Positions 15,529 through 23,066 of a stretch of DNA of 35,829 nt are shown piece after piece. The notes beneath the pieces were generated by a model, which was not told where the DNA came from, did no database searches, and saw only the letters and a list, made by a program, of their open reading frames with translations. Each line of letters starts with the position of its first letter. Within the stretch, counting starts at the first letter, position 1. The translations under genes and the position numbers were made by a program. Source of the DNA: a virus; the IMG/VR virus record IMGVR_UViG_3300020062_000003, positions 1-35,829 of that record; one strand, 5' to 3'.

Positions 15529-18500
15529 TTATAAACGAGCTTCTAAAGCAGCTATTCGTGAATTAAGTTTTTTAATTTCATTTAATAAAAGTGCAGGCAA
15601 TACATGGTACTGAACTGTTTCTATTTCACCATCTTTATTTCGTGCCACAATATCAGGGAATATTTCATTTACTTCTTCAGCAATGAGTCCATATTGTTTT
15701 TTTTCTGAAATATCACCGTTATATATAAACGTTACGGGACGTAAATTAAGAATTGATGATGACTCATCATTCATATCTTCAATATCATGCTTAAAACGCT
15801 TTGATGAAACAATAGTTCCAAGTAAACCTGCTGCACTAATTACTACAGGAACACCACCTGCCGCTGTTACACCAACAACACCTGTAGCAGTAATACCACC
15901 AGTTCCAGAATTCAGTGTTAGAGCAGATACTCCTGTAGTGCTACCAATAGCAATTGTTTTATCTTGTGCTCCTGTTCCTATAGTAATACCACCAGTACCT
16001 GATCTTATTGTTGTAATAGAAGTAGTATTAGTACTACCTAATGTAACTGTTTTAACGCCAGCACCTGTACCTATATCTACTGTACTTGCTGCAGCATTAG
16101 TTGATATAGCTATAGAACCTGTACCAGAATTTAAAGTAATAGTACCATTGCTAGGAGCAGCAGTAATATTGATACCATTAGAACCACCTTGAATTGTAGT
16201 ACTTGATGTAGTATTACTACTACCAATAGTAAGATTTTTTACACCAGCTCCATCAGCTATATCTATATTATTATTTGTAGCATCAGTTGCTATACTTATA
16301 TTTCCAGTACCAGAGTTTATAGTAATACCGCCAGATCCTGATTGAATAGCTGTTGTAGAAGTAGTATTAGTACTGCCAACTGTAACTGTTTTTAGACCAG
16401 CACCTGTACCTATATTAACCGTATTTGTAGTAGCATCAGTTGAAATACCCATGATACCAGTACCAGAATTTGCAGTAATAGGTCCATTAGTAGCTGTGAT
16501 AGAAATGCTACCACTAGCTCCAGTTTGAATAAGTACCGACGAAGTAGTAGTAGTACTACCAATAGTAACTGTTTTAGCTCCTGAACCCGTACCGATATTT
16601 AATGTAGTTGTTGTATTATCAGCAGATATACCTATAGTACCTATACCTGAGTTTACAGTAATACCACCACTTCCAGATTTAATAGCTGTTATAGAAGTAG
16701 TATTGGTGCTTCCTAATGTAACTGTTTTAACGCCAGCACCTGTACCAATGTTTATTGTATTTGCTGTAGCATCAGTTGATACTGATACAGTTCCAGTACC
16801 AGAATTGGCGGTTATAACACCATTTGTTGCTGTAATAGAAATACCAGAAGTTCCTGATTGAACAGTTGTAACTGATGTAGTTGTTACACTACCAAGAGTG
16901 ACTGTCTTAATTCCAGCCCCTGTACCAATATTTACCGTATTATTTGTAGCATCAGCTGATAATCCAAAAATACCTGTACCAGAATTTGCAGTAATAGGTC
17001 CATTAGTAGCTGTGATAGAAATACCGCCACTTCCCGACTGAAGTGTTGAAATTGAAGTAGTATTTGTACTACCAACAGTAACTGTTTTTACACCACCACC
17101 TGTACCCATATTTACCGTAGTTGCTGTATTATCAGCTGATATGCCTATGGTACCAGTACCTGAGTTTACAGTAATACCACCACTTCCAGATTTAATAGCT
17201 GTTATAGAAGTAGTATTAGTGCTTCCTAATGTAACTGTTTTAACGCCAGCACCTGTACCAATATTGACATTGTTTGCTGTAGCATCACTAGATATATTAA
17301 CATTAGAAGTTCCAGAATTCATGGTAATCACACCATTACCAGCAGTTATCGCAATTCCACCAGTTGCCGATTGAATCGTGGTTGAAGATGTATTACTAGT
17401 GCTACCTACTGTAACTGTTTTAGTACCAGCACCACTACCTACATTTACAGTGGTTGTTGTAGCATCAGCTGATATACCTAAAATACCCGTATTAGAATTG
17501 ATGGTCAGACCACCATCACCTGATCTTATTGTTGTGGTAGAACCAGTGGTAGTAGCTCCAATAGTAATTACTTTCCCACCACTACCAGTACCTATATTTA
17601 ATATAGTTGCTGTTGCATTTGCAGTAGCTATACTTATAGTTCCGGTACCAGATGTAATAGAAATAGGACCATTGTTAACTGAAGAATCAAGCTGTATACC
17701 TACAGATCCTGCTGTAATCGTTGTATTTGATGTAGTGTTATTACTTCCAATATTAACAGTTTTTGCTCCAGCTCCCGTACCTATATTAACAGTACTTGTT
17801 GTAGCATCGGTTGCCAAGGATACAGTTCCACCATTAGCAGTAATCCCCGCAAATGTTGTAGTAATTGTATTTGCTGCACCACCAAATGATAATCCCGTAG
17901 TACCACCAGCAAATGTAATTGCAGGGCCTGTTTGTGCTCCCCCAGTATTGCCAGTTATTGAAGTTATAGCACTAATGCTACCACCAGCGGTTCCAAGTTG
18001 ACCGGTAGAATCAATAAAAACAGGAATAGCATCTGCAACACCTGTTGTTATACCACGTATACCAGAAATAACAGCTTTATTAAGCTGATTAATTCCTGTT
18101 CCTGTACTATTACCAATTCGTAAAGTATTTGATTCGCCTACCGTACCTATAGTTTGAAAACCAATAAGTACATTACTACTTTCACTTGATATATAGCTAG
18201 CTCCTGCAGACTTTCCTATAAATATATTCCGTGAACCCGTAGTTAAACTTTGTCCTACTTGAGTGCCAAAAAAAACATTATCCTCACCTGATGAAAGTAC
18301 TATTGCATTATTTTCTCCTAATGCAGTATTACCTTGGCCTGATATTGTTAAGTTACCACTAGCCACACCAATAATAGTATTTAAGTTACCATCACTCACT
18401 TCAAATTGAATAGTATTACCACTACCAGAAAAAAATACTGATGATCCTGCTCCTAATCCTACTTGATTAGCTTTTATATTAATATTACCCATAGAAGGTG

Positions 18501-18747
18501 ATATTGCCCCACCATTGTCTCCTGTAAGTGTAGTTACAGCACCAATAGAAGCAATATCTTGAAAGCTTGGTAATCCACCAAAAGGGCCATTTGCTGTTAA
18601 TACTAAACCAGCGGTTACTAAAGAATCAACAAATTGAATAGGAGTTGTACTAAATATTCCACCACAAATAACGGCATATGGAGTCATCAATTGTGTCTGT
18701 GTACCACCTTCAACAATTGGTAAGGGAGATCGTTGCTTATATGACAT
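15529..18747 (-). CDS. Tail fibre (1072 aa) with one shaft module, a long beta-solenoid repeat region and a C-terminal S74 intramolecular chaperone domain
   Basis: C-terminus GLLGTIVSSKRFKHDIEDMNDESSSILNLRPVTFIY...YGLIAEEVNEIFPDIV...VQYHVLPALLLNEIKKLNSRIAALEARL is a classic peptidase S74 / endosialidase-type chaperone. Confidence 0.9.
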   Translation of the reverse strand: MSYKQRSPLPIVEGGTQTQLMTPYAVICGGIFSTTPIQFVDSLVTAGLVLTANGPFGGLPSFQDIASIGAVTTLTGDNGGAISPSMGNINIKANQVGLGAGSSVFFSGSGNTIQFEVSDGNLNTIIGVASGNLTISGQGNTALGENNAIVLSSGEDNVFFGTQVGQSLTTGSRNIFIGKSAGASYISSESSNVLIGFQTIGTVGESNTLRIGNSTGTGINQLNKAVISGIRGITTGVADAIPVFIDSTGQLGTAGGSISAITSITGNTGGAQTGPAITFAGGTTGLSFGGAANTITTTFAGITANGGTVSLATDATTSTVNIGTGAGAKTVNIGSNNTTSNTTITAGSVGIQLDSSVNNGPISITSGTGTISIATANATATILNIGTGSGGKVITIGATTTGSTTTIRSGDGGLTINSNTGILGISADATTTTVNVGSGAGTKTVTVGSTSNTSSTTIQSATGGIAITAGNGVITMNSGTSNVNISSDATANNVNIGTGAGVKTVTLGSTNTTSITAIKSGSGGITVNSGTGTIGISADNTATTVNMGTGGGVKTVTVGSTNTTSISTLQSGSGGISITATNGPITANSGTGIFGLSADATNNTVNIGTGAGIKTVTLGSVTTTSVTTVQSGTSGISITATNGVITANSGTGTVSVSTDATANTINIGTGAGVKTVTLGSTNTTSITAIKSGSGGITVNSGIGTIGISADNTTTTLNIGTGSGAKTVTIGSTTTTSSVLIQTGASGSISITATNGPITANSGTGIMGISTDATTNTVNIGTGAGLKTVTVGSTNTTSTTAIQSGSGGITINSGTGNISIATDATNNNIDIADGAGVKNLTIGSSNTTSSTTIQGGSNGINITAAPSNGTITLNSGTGSIAISTNAAASTVDIGTGAGVKTVTLGSTNTTSITTIRSGTGGITIGTGAQDKTIAIGSTTGVSALTLNSGTGGITATGVVGVTAAGGVPVVISAAGLLGTIVSSKRFKHDIEDMNDESSSILNLRPVTFIYNGDISEKKQYGLIAEEVNEIFPDIVARNKDGEIETVQYHVLPALLLNEIKKLNSRIAALEARL
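15532..15807 (-). other. Peptidase S74 intramolecular chaperone auto-processing domain (last 92 aa)
   Basis: SSKRFK..I.DM...L..L.pv.F.Y.......yGliAeEv.e..P..V motif string; the expected self-cleavage point is at the Ser-Ser. Confidence 0.85.
15930..17835 (-). repeat. In-frame coding repeat array (about 14-15 units of about 43-45 aa) with a superimposed 513-516-bp higher-order duplication
   Basis: Unit G(T/S)G.G.KTVT.GST.TTS.T.I.SG.GGI.I....G.I...SGTG...IS.DAT...VNI. Bases 16646-16749 and 17159-17262 are 103/104 identical. Bases 16462-16505 and 16978-17021 are also near-identical. Confidence 0.85.
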
Positions 18748-18758
18748 TTTTTTTCCTA

Positions 18759-19874
18759 TTAATATATTTCATATGATGATCCATTACCAATAATGGCAAC
18801 AGATTGATATTCTGAATCCATTACAAAAGTAGTAGAACCATCTATATTAACAACGCCACCAACTGTCGTGACAGTAATATTATTAGTATCAGCTGTTCCT
18901 GTTCTATCTTTTATTACAAATGTTCTACCAAGTGTTGCTGCATTAGGTAATTGAATTGTTATAGGAATAGCAGTAGAATCAACACTTAAATAGTCATCTG
19001 TAATAAGTACAACATAAGGTGATGTAGTAACATTTGTATATGCTAAGGTTACTGAACCAGAACTAGCTATAGTAATTAGATTTGCACCAGGAGTAATGGT
19101 AATACCAGTTCCTGCTGTAATAACAGCTGTTCCAAGTTGATTACCAACTTCTGTTACAACAGTAGCTGTTGATCCGACATTGATTCCATCAATACCACTA
19201 ATGAAAGCTTTATTAAGTTCTCCATCTGCTGTACCCGTTGCTACACCAATTCTGAGAACATTCGATTCACCTGTAACACCATCAATATCAGCGCCAATAA
19301 TTATATTGCTGCTTTCACTTGAAGTATAAAGTTCTGCCGTTCCACTTCCTATAATAGTATTTAAATTACCTGTTGTAATGTTTGGAGCAGCATCTCCACC
19401 TATGAATGTGTTTGAATTGCCAGTTGAAATGTTTATTGCTGAAGATGCTCCTAATACCGTATTTGATAATCCTGATATCGTAGGGTTTCCACTATCTTGA
19501 CCAATAATAGTGTTAATATTACTATCAGTTAAATTTAGAGTAATTATGTTTCCAATACCAGAAAACGCTACAGATGATCCTGAATTTTGATTTGCTACAT
19601 CAGTTATTATATTAATCACGCCTGCAATAGGAATTGCAACGTCACCATTATCTGTATGAAATTCTTCGACTACTGGTCCACCGCCAACTAATGAGATGGT
19701 AAGTGTATTAGTTACAGAGCTACCAGCTACTGTTATACCAACACCATCTCCAACAACGTTAATATTATTAGTACCATCAGGCCCAACTGGACCTCCGGAA
19801 TTACCTTTTAAGGTCTGAACTACACTTCCAGGTGGGAATGCTCCAGATGTGAAAAAATTTCCTGCTTGACTCAT
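18759..19874 (-). CDS. Tail fibre (371 aa): one shaft module plus a distinct C-terminal receptor-binding-type domain
   Basis: GNSGGPVGPDGTNNINVVGDG...SESSNIIIGADIDGVTGESNVLRIGVATGTADGELNKAFISGIDGI. C-terminus YLSVDSTAIPITIQLPNAATLGRTFVIKDRTGTADTNNITV...SYEIY is typical of phage fibre tips. Confidence 0.8.
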   Translation of the reverse strand: MSQAGNFFTSGAFPPGSVVQTLKGNSGGPVGPDGTNNINVVGDGVGITVAGSSVTNTLTISLVGGGPVVEEFHTDNGDVAIPIAGVINIITDVANQNSGSSVAFSGIGNIITLNLTDSNINTIIGQDSGNPTISGLSNTVLGASSAINISTGNSNTFIGGDAAPNITTGNLNTIIGSGTAELYTSSESSNIIIGADIDGVTGESNVLRIGVATGTADGELNKAFISGIDGINVGSTATVVTEVGNQLGTAVITAGTGITITPGANLITIASSGSVTLAYTNVTTSPYVVLITDDYLSVDSTAIPITIQLPNAATLGRTFVIKDRTGTADTNNITVTTVGGVVNIDGSTTFVMDSEYQSVAIIGNGSSYEIY

Positions 19875-19886
19875 TACTTTCTCCTT

Positions 19887-20240
19887 TTATACCTGAGAAG
19901 CATACACTACAGTTACATAGAGGTTTCCTGATATAGGTAAAGTATTTTCTGCTTTTACATAGATCCTATCCCCTTGAGGTTGCTCAAGAAGACCTGCTGC
20001 GTTTGCTTTATTAGAAGCATAGTCATATAAAAAGAATCCATTTGCAGCTACTATATCATGATCATCAATACCATTAAGAGATACAAGAATATTAGCACTA
20101 GTGAGATTGGTAACTTTTAATATTCTTACGGGATTTTCAAAAGGTAAGCCAACTCCTGCATAGACCGCTGATATTCCTGCAAATCCAACACTACGTAAAG
20201 GTTCATACCTAACTCGAACCGAACTAACTAAATTACTCAT
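19887..20240 (-). CDS. Small beta-rich protein (117 aa), paralog of the next gene
   Basis: Shares S.[ND]GI[DN]DH[DE]IV and a C-terminal ..Y......GN.......Y. with the 109-aa protein. AAGGAG RBS. Confidence 0.55.
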   Translation of the reverse strand: MSNLVSSVRVRYEPLRSVGFAGISAVYAGVGLPFENPVRILKVTNLTSANILVSLNGIDDHDIVAANGFFLYDYASNKANAAGLLEQPQGDRIYVKAENTLPISGNLYVTVVYASQV

Positions 20241-20249
20241 TCTATCTCC

Positions 20250-20579
20250 TTAGACGTAATATCCAGAAAGCGTTATATTACCTGTTCCTGCCGTACCTCT
20301 TGCGTATACTACAGTATGTTTAGGAAATAAAGCTACTTTAGCATTTGGTTGAGCATTAGCTTGTGAAGGAAAATCAAATGCTGAGTTTATTAACACAATT
20401 TCATGATCATTAATGCCATCATAACTAATAACTACTATTTGAGTACTACCATTGGCAATGCGAATAAAAAAAGGTGCTTCCTCAAAACCATTTGGATTAA
20501 TAGCTTGATAAGTATTTAATATCAATGTTGATGATAATATCGTGGTAAGCTGAAATGGTTTTACTGAATTTTGTGCCAT
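20250..20579 (-). CDS. Small beta-rich protein (109 aa), paralog of the 117-aa protein
   Basis: ISYDGINDHEIVLIN vs VSLNGIDDHDIVAAN. Located between fibre genes. Confidence 0.55.
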   Translation of the reverse strand: MAQNSVKPFQLTTILSSTLILNTYQAINPNGFEEAPFFIRIANGSTQIVVISYDGINDHEIVLINSAFDFPSQANAQPNAKVALFPKHTVVYARGTAGTGNITLSGYYV

Positions 20580-20580
20580 T

Positions 20581-20796
20581 TTAGTCCCCTTGTGCTACCA
20601 CCGGTTCTATTATTTCTGGTTCAACTGCTGCTGGCTTTAAAGCTTGAATTGATTGTTGAGATAGTTCATTTAATTTCTGTAAGATATCAAATGATGCATC
20701 AATTGCATTTCCCCAGCTTGCGCCATTTGGCATTTGAAAAGAAAATGTGAAATCACCTTTTGTAACTTCAAGTGTAATGTATTGTTTGGTTTCCAT
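20581..20796 (-). CDS. Hypothetical protein (71 aa)
   Basis: ORF track, AGGAG RBS, tightly coupled to the following gene. Confidence 0.45.
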   Translation of the reverse strand: METKQYITLEVTKGDFTFSFQMPNGASWGNAIDASFDILQKLNELSQQSIQALKPAAVEPEIIEPVVAQGD

Positions 20797-20836
20797 GAAA
20801 TCTCCTAAAAAATTGTATAAAATTATATTATCTAAG

Positions 20837-20873
20837 CATAGCTCTCCAGTCTTTAGAAGACCAGAAAGCTATG
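20837..20873 (-). other. Strand-specific 15-bp stem-loop after the first fibre gene
   Basis: catagctctccagtc (20837-20851) / gaccagaaagctatg (20859-20873). The three non-Watson-Crick positions become G-U pairs only in the minus-strand RNA. An AU-rich tail follows. Confidence 0.45.
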
Positions 20874-20927
20874 TTTTATAGGAATGAAGCTCTGCTAATA
20901 ATATCTTATGATTTAGAAAACACTACT

Positions 20928-22592
20928 TCAGGCTGCACATGTTAAGTTGGTCCATGTAGTTCCTGCATCTGTGTTTATATAGGCACGTGAAGTTGCACCA
21001 GCTGGGTCAGATCTTAAATATAATGATCCTATAGGAGCTGTTATAGCACCACTAGGACTACCAGCACCAGCAAGAACAAGTAAACCACCAGGTAAACTTA
21101 ATCCACGACCAGCAACTGTTACACTCAATCCATTTGCGGCAGCTACATTTGTTCCTGTAGGAGTATTAAGTACTAAAGTAGAACCAGCTGTCGTTGAACC
21201 AACAGTTGTTGCATGGGCAGTTGCGCTTGTTCCCAAGTTCAATGATGAACCTGTACCAACATTTATATTTACTGCAGTTGCGCCAGTAATATTACCTATA
21301 GTAATTGTTCGAGCAGCAGCACCAGTACCAATGTTAATAGCTTGAGCAACCGCATTATTACCTACGTTAATCACACCAGCAGAAGAGTTAATTGATAATG
21401 CACCAGTAGCATTAAGAACTAAAGTTCCTGTAGAAGCTGCAGTAATATTTCCTGTACCTGAAAGAAGGCTTAATGATGCTGCTCCAGTAGCAGAACCAAT
21501 AGTAATCACGTTATCTATTGCACCAGTACCAATATTAACCGTCTTGATACCTGTTCCACCAGTAGCAACTTCAACTGTTTGAGCTCCTGTACCTGGAGCA
21601 ATTGCTACCGTTCCTGTTTGTAAACCAGTACCACCAATACTTACTGTGCCAGTTGTCATACCTGTACCAATTGCAACTGATCCACCCGTTTGGGTATTAC
21701 CGATTGCAATTACATTGGCTCCTGTTCCGCCGATAGAGATTGTATTTGCAACAGCAGCGCCAGTACCAATTAGTATTGTTTTACCAACCGCATCAGCACC
21801 AAGACTAATTGAACCTGTTCCAGTTGTAAGCAAGAAATTACCATTAGTTGCACCAAGAGAAAATCCTGCTGTTCCCGCAAGTAAAGTTACACCACCAGCA
21901 GCATCTCCAGCTATTATATTTACAGCACTAGCGCTAGCTAATCCACCTTGGATAGTTATACCACCAGCATTAGATAAAAGACTAAAAGAATCAATAGCAG
22001 TACCTTGAGAAACTATAAAATCAATAGTCTCTAAAGCGCCACCATTGGTAGTAAAGCTAATAGCAGGATCAGTATTTGAAGTAGTGGTGAAACTTATTGC
22101 AGCGGCAGAAGTTAAATCGAAATCACCATTGGCGATAATGTCTCCATTTACTGTCAAATCAGAAGTCAAAATTACCGCACCTGTAACATCTAATGTACCA
22201 CCAATTGTTGTATCACTAGTAACATCTAACGTACTTGATAAAGTTGTTGCTCCCGCTACTAATACACCTAATGTAGCAATACTACCTGGTGCCATATTAA
22301 GATCGCCAGCTGTTATATTAACATCGCCTGCTGTAACGGTTAAATCGCCAGGATTCACTGTAAACGAGGTAGCTGCTACTGCACCCGCAACCGCCGCTGT
22401 CCATATATTAAGACCACCAATTGCAGAAGTTAGAATAAAAAACGATTGGGAAGTAGTATTTACCCAGGTTGTACCGATTTCTGCTGTGTCAGAATCCAAA
22501 GGATCTCTATCAGAAACGATAGGTTCTTGCTGTAGGCTTGCATTCGTTCCCGGATAACCATACAGCGAAAAGCGCCTATTAACTTTAGTCAT
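20928..22592 (-). CDS. Tail fibre (554 aa) with an N-terminal anchor motif and a Gly/Thr/Ala-rich solenoid
   Basis: N-terminal SDRDPLDSDTAEIGTTWVNTTSQSFFILTS parallels NDRDPNDFDIQNVSIGDMWLNEANETVWVLVS in the giant fibre. C-terminus GSLYLRSDPAGATSRAYINTDAGTTWTNL. Start at the second ATG (22592), 6 nt after AAGGAG. Confidence 0.75.
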   Translation of the reverse strand: MTKVNRRFSLYGYPGTNASLQQEPIVSDRDPLDSDTAEIGTTWVNTTSQSFFILTSAIGGLNIWTAAVAGAVAATSFTVNPGDLTVTAGDVNITAGDLNMAPGSIATLGVLVAGATTLSSTLDVTSDTTIGGTLDVTGAVILTSDLTVNGDIIANGDFDLTSAAAISFTTTSNTDPAISFTTNGGALETIDFIVSQGTAIDSFSLLSNAGGITIQGGLASASAVNIIAGDAAGGVTLLAGTAGFSLGATNGNFLLTTGTGSISLGADAVGKTILIGTGAAVANTISIGGTGANVIAIGNTQTGGSVAIGTGMTTGTVSIGGTGLQTGTVAIAPGTGAQTVEVATGGTGIKTVNIGTGAIDNVITIGSATGAASLSLLSGTGNITAASTGTLVLNATGALSINSSAGVINVGNNAVAQAINIGTGAAARTITIGNITGATAVNINVGTGSSLNLGTSATAHATTVGSTTAGSTLVLNTPTGTNVAAANGLSVTVAGRGLSLPGGLLVLAGAGSPSGAITAPIGSLYLRSDPAGATSRAYINTDAGTTWTNLTCAA

Positions 22593-22634
22593 AATCATCT
22601 CCTTAATAATTTAAAATAATCTTTCTATCATTTA

Positions 22635-22664
22635 ATGACATAAAAAATTAATAATCAATATACT
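22635..22664 (+). promoter_or_regulatory. Candidate promoter for the counter-oriented island: ATGACA, N18, TATACT
   Basis: 5/6 -35 at 22635-22640. The -10 at 22659-22664 is the same TATACT hexamer as in the switch promoters. Confidence 0.4.
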
Positions 22665-22677
22665 AGCTTTTTATTCG

Positions 22678-22689
22678 CTAACATGTTAG
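22678..22689. promoter_or_regulatory. Perfect 12-bp palindrome CTAACATGTTAG between the candidate -10 and the RHH gene (candidate operator)
   Basis: Read directly. Confidence 0.4.
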
Positions 22690-22714
22690 AATTGATAATA
22701 GAAAGGTAAACAAT

Positions 22715-22888
22715 ATGACAGAAATAAAGAAGCGTAAACAAATGGCTTTTGATATAAACCCAGAAGTTCACAAGAAAGTTAAAGTATTAGCTGCTCTTAG
22801 AAATATCTCAATAAATCTATGGATGTCTAGAGCTATAAATGATCGAATAGAAAAAGAAACTAAATATGATGATAAACTTAAGGAATGA
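22715..22888 (+). CDS. Ribbon-helix-helix (CopG/Arc/ParG-like) DNA-binding protein (57 aa), not in the ORF track
   Basis: My translation: MTEIKKRKQMAFDINPEVHKKVKVLAALRNISINLWMSRAINDRIEKETKYDDKLKE. It shows beta-strand (MAFDI), helix (PEVHKKVKVLAA), turn and helix (SINLWMSRAINDRI). GAAAGG RBS. Confidence 0.6.
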   Translation: MTEIKKRKQMAFDINPEVHKKVKVLAALRNISINLWMSRAINDRIEKETKYDDKLKE

Positions 22889-22889
22889 T

Positions 22890-23066
22890 ATGACAACAAT
22901 TGTTAATTTTTGTTATAGAGGAATATTAAAAGGGATAGAAATATTTATAAAAATGCATATTGCTATAGCATTAATAACTATCACTATTCCCTTATTAATA
23001 TGTTTATGTTATCTTGCAATAAACTTTATTGCTACTTTATCAAGTTTACTACCAATCTTATCTTGA
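22890..23066 (+). CDS. Small hydrophobic membrane peptide (58 aa)
   Basis: ORF track 22866-23066. I prefer ATG 22890, 4 nt after AAGGAA and 1 nt after the RHH stop. MTTIVNFCYRGILKGIEIFIKMHIAIALITITIPLLICLCYLAINFIATLSSLLPILS. The last 58 nt overlap the 3' end of the convergent 393-aa gene. Confidence 0.4.
   Translation: MTTIVNFCYRGILKGIEIFIKMHIAIALITITIPLLICLCYLAINFIATLSSLLPILS

Noticed and set aside
15930-17835. Regularly spaced near-identical nucleotide repeats that could superficially resemble a CRISPR array or a DGR template/variable repeat pair
   Set aside because: The repeats are in-frame protein repeats of variable identity without unique spacers. No cas genes are present. No reverse transcriptase is present anywhere in this closed genome. 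The 104-nt repeat pair differs at one G/A position only, not by an adenine-specific mutation pattern.
15683-18001. Plus-strand ORFs 15683-16192, 17141-17374 and 17378-18001 inside the 1072-aa fibre gene
   Set aside because: Same antisense-of-repeat artefact as above.
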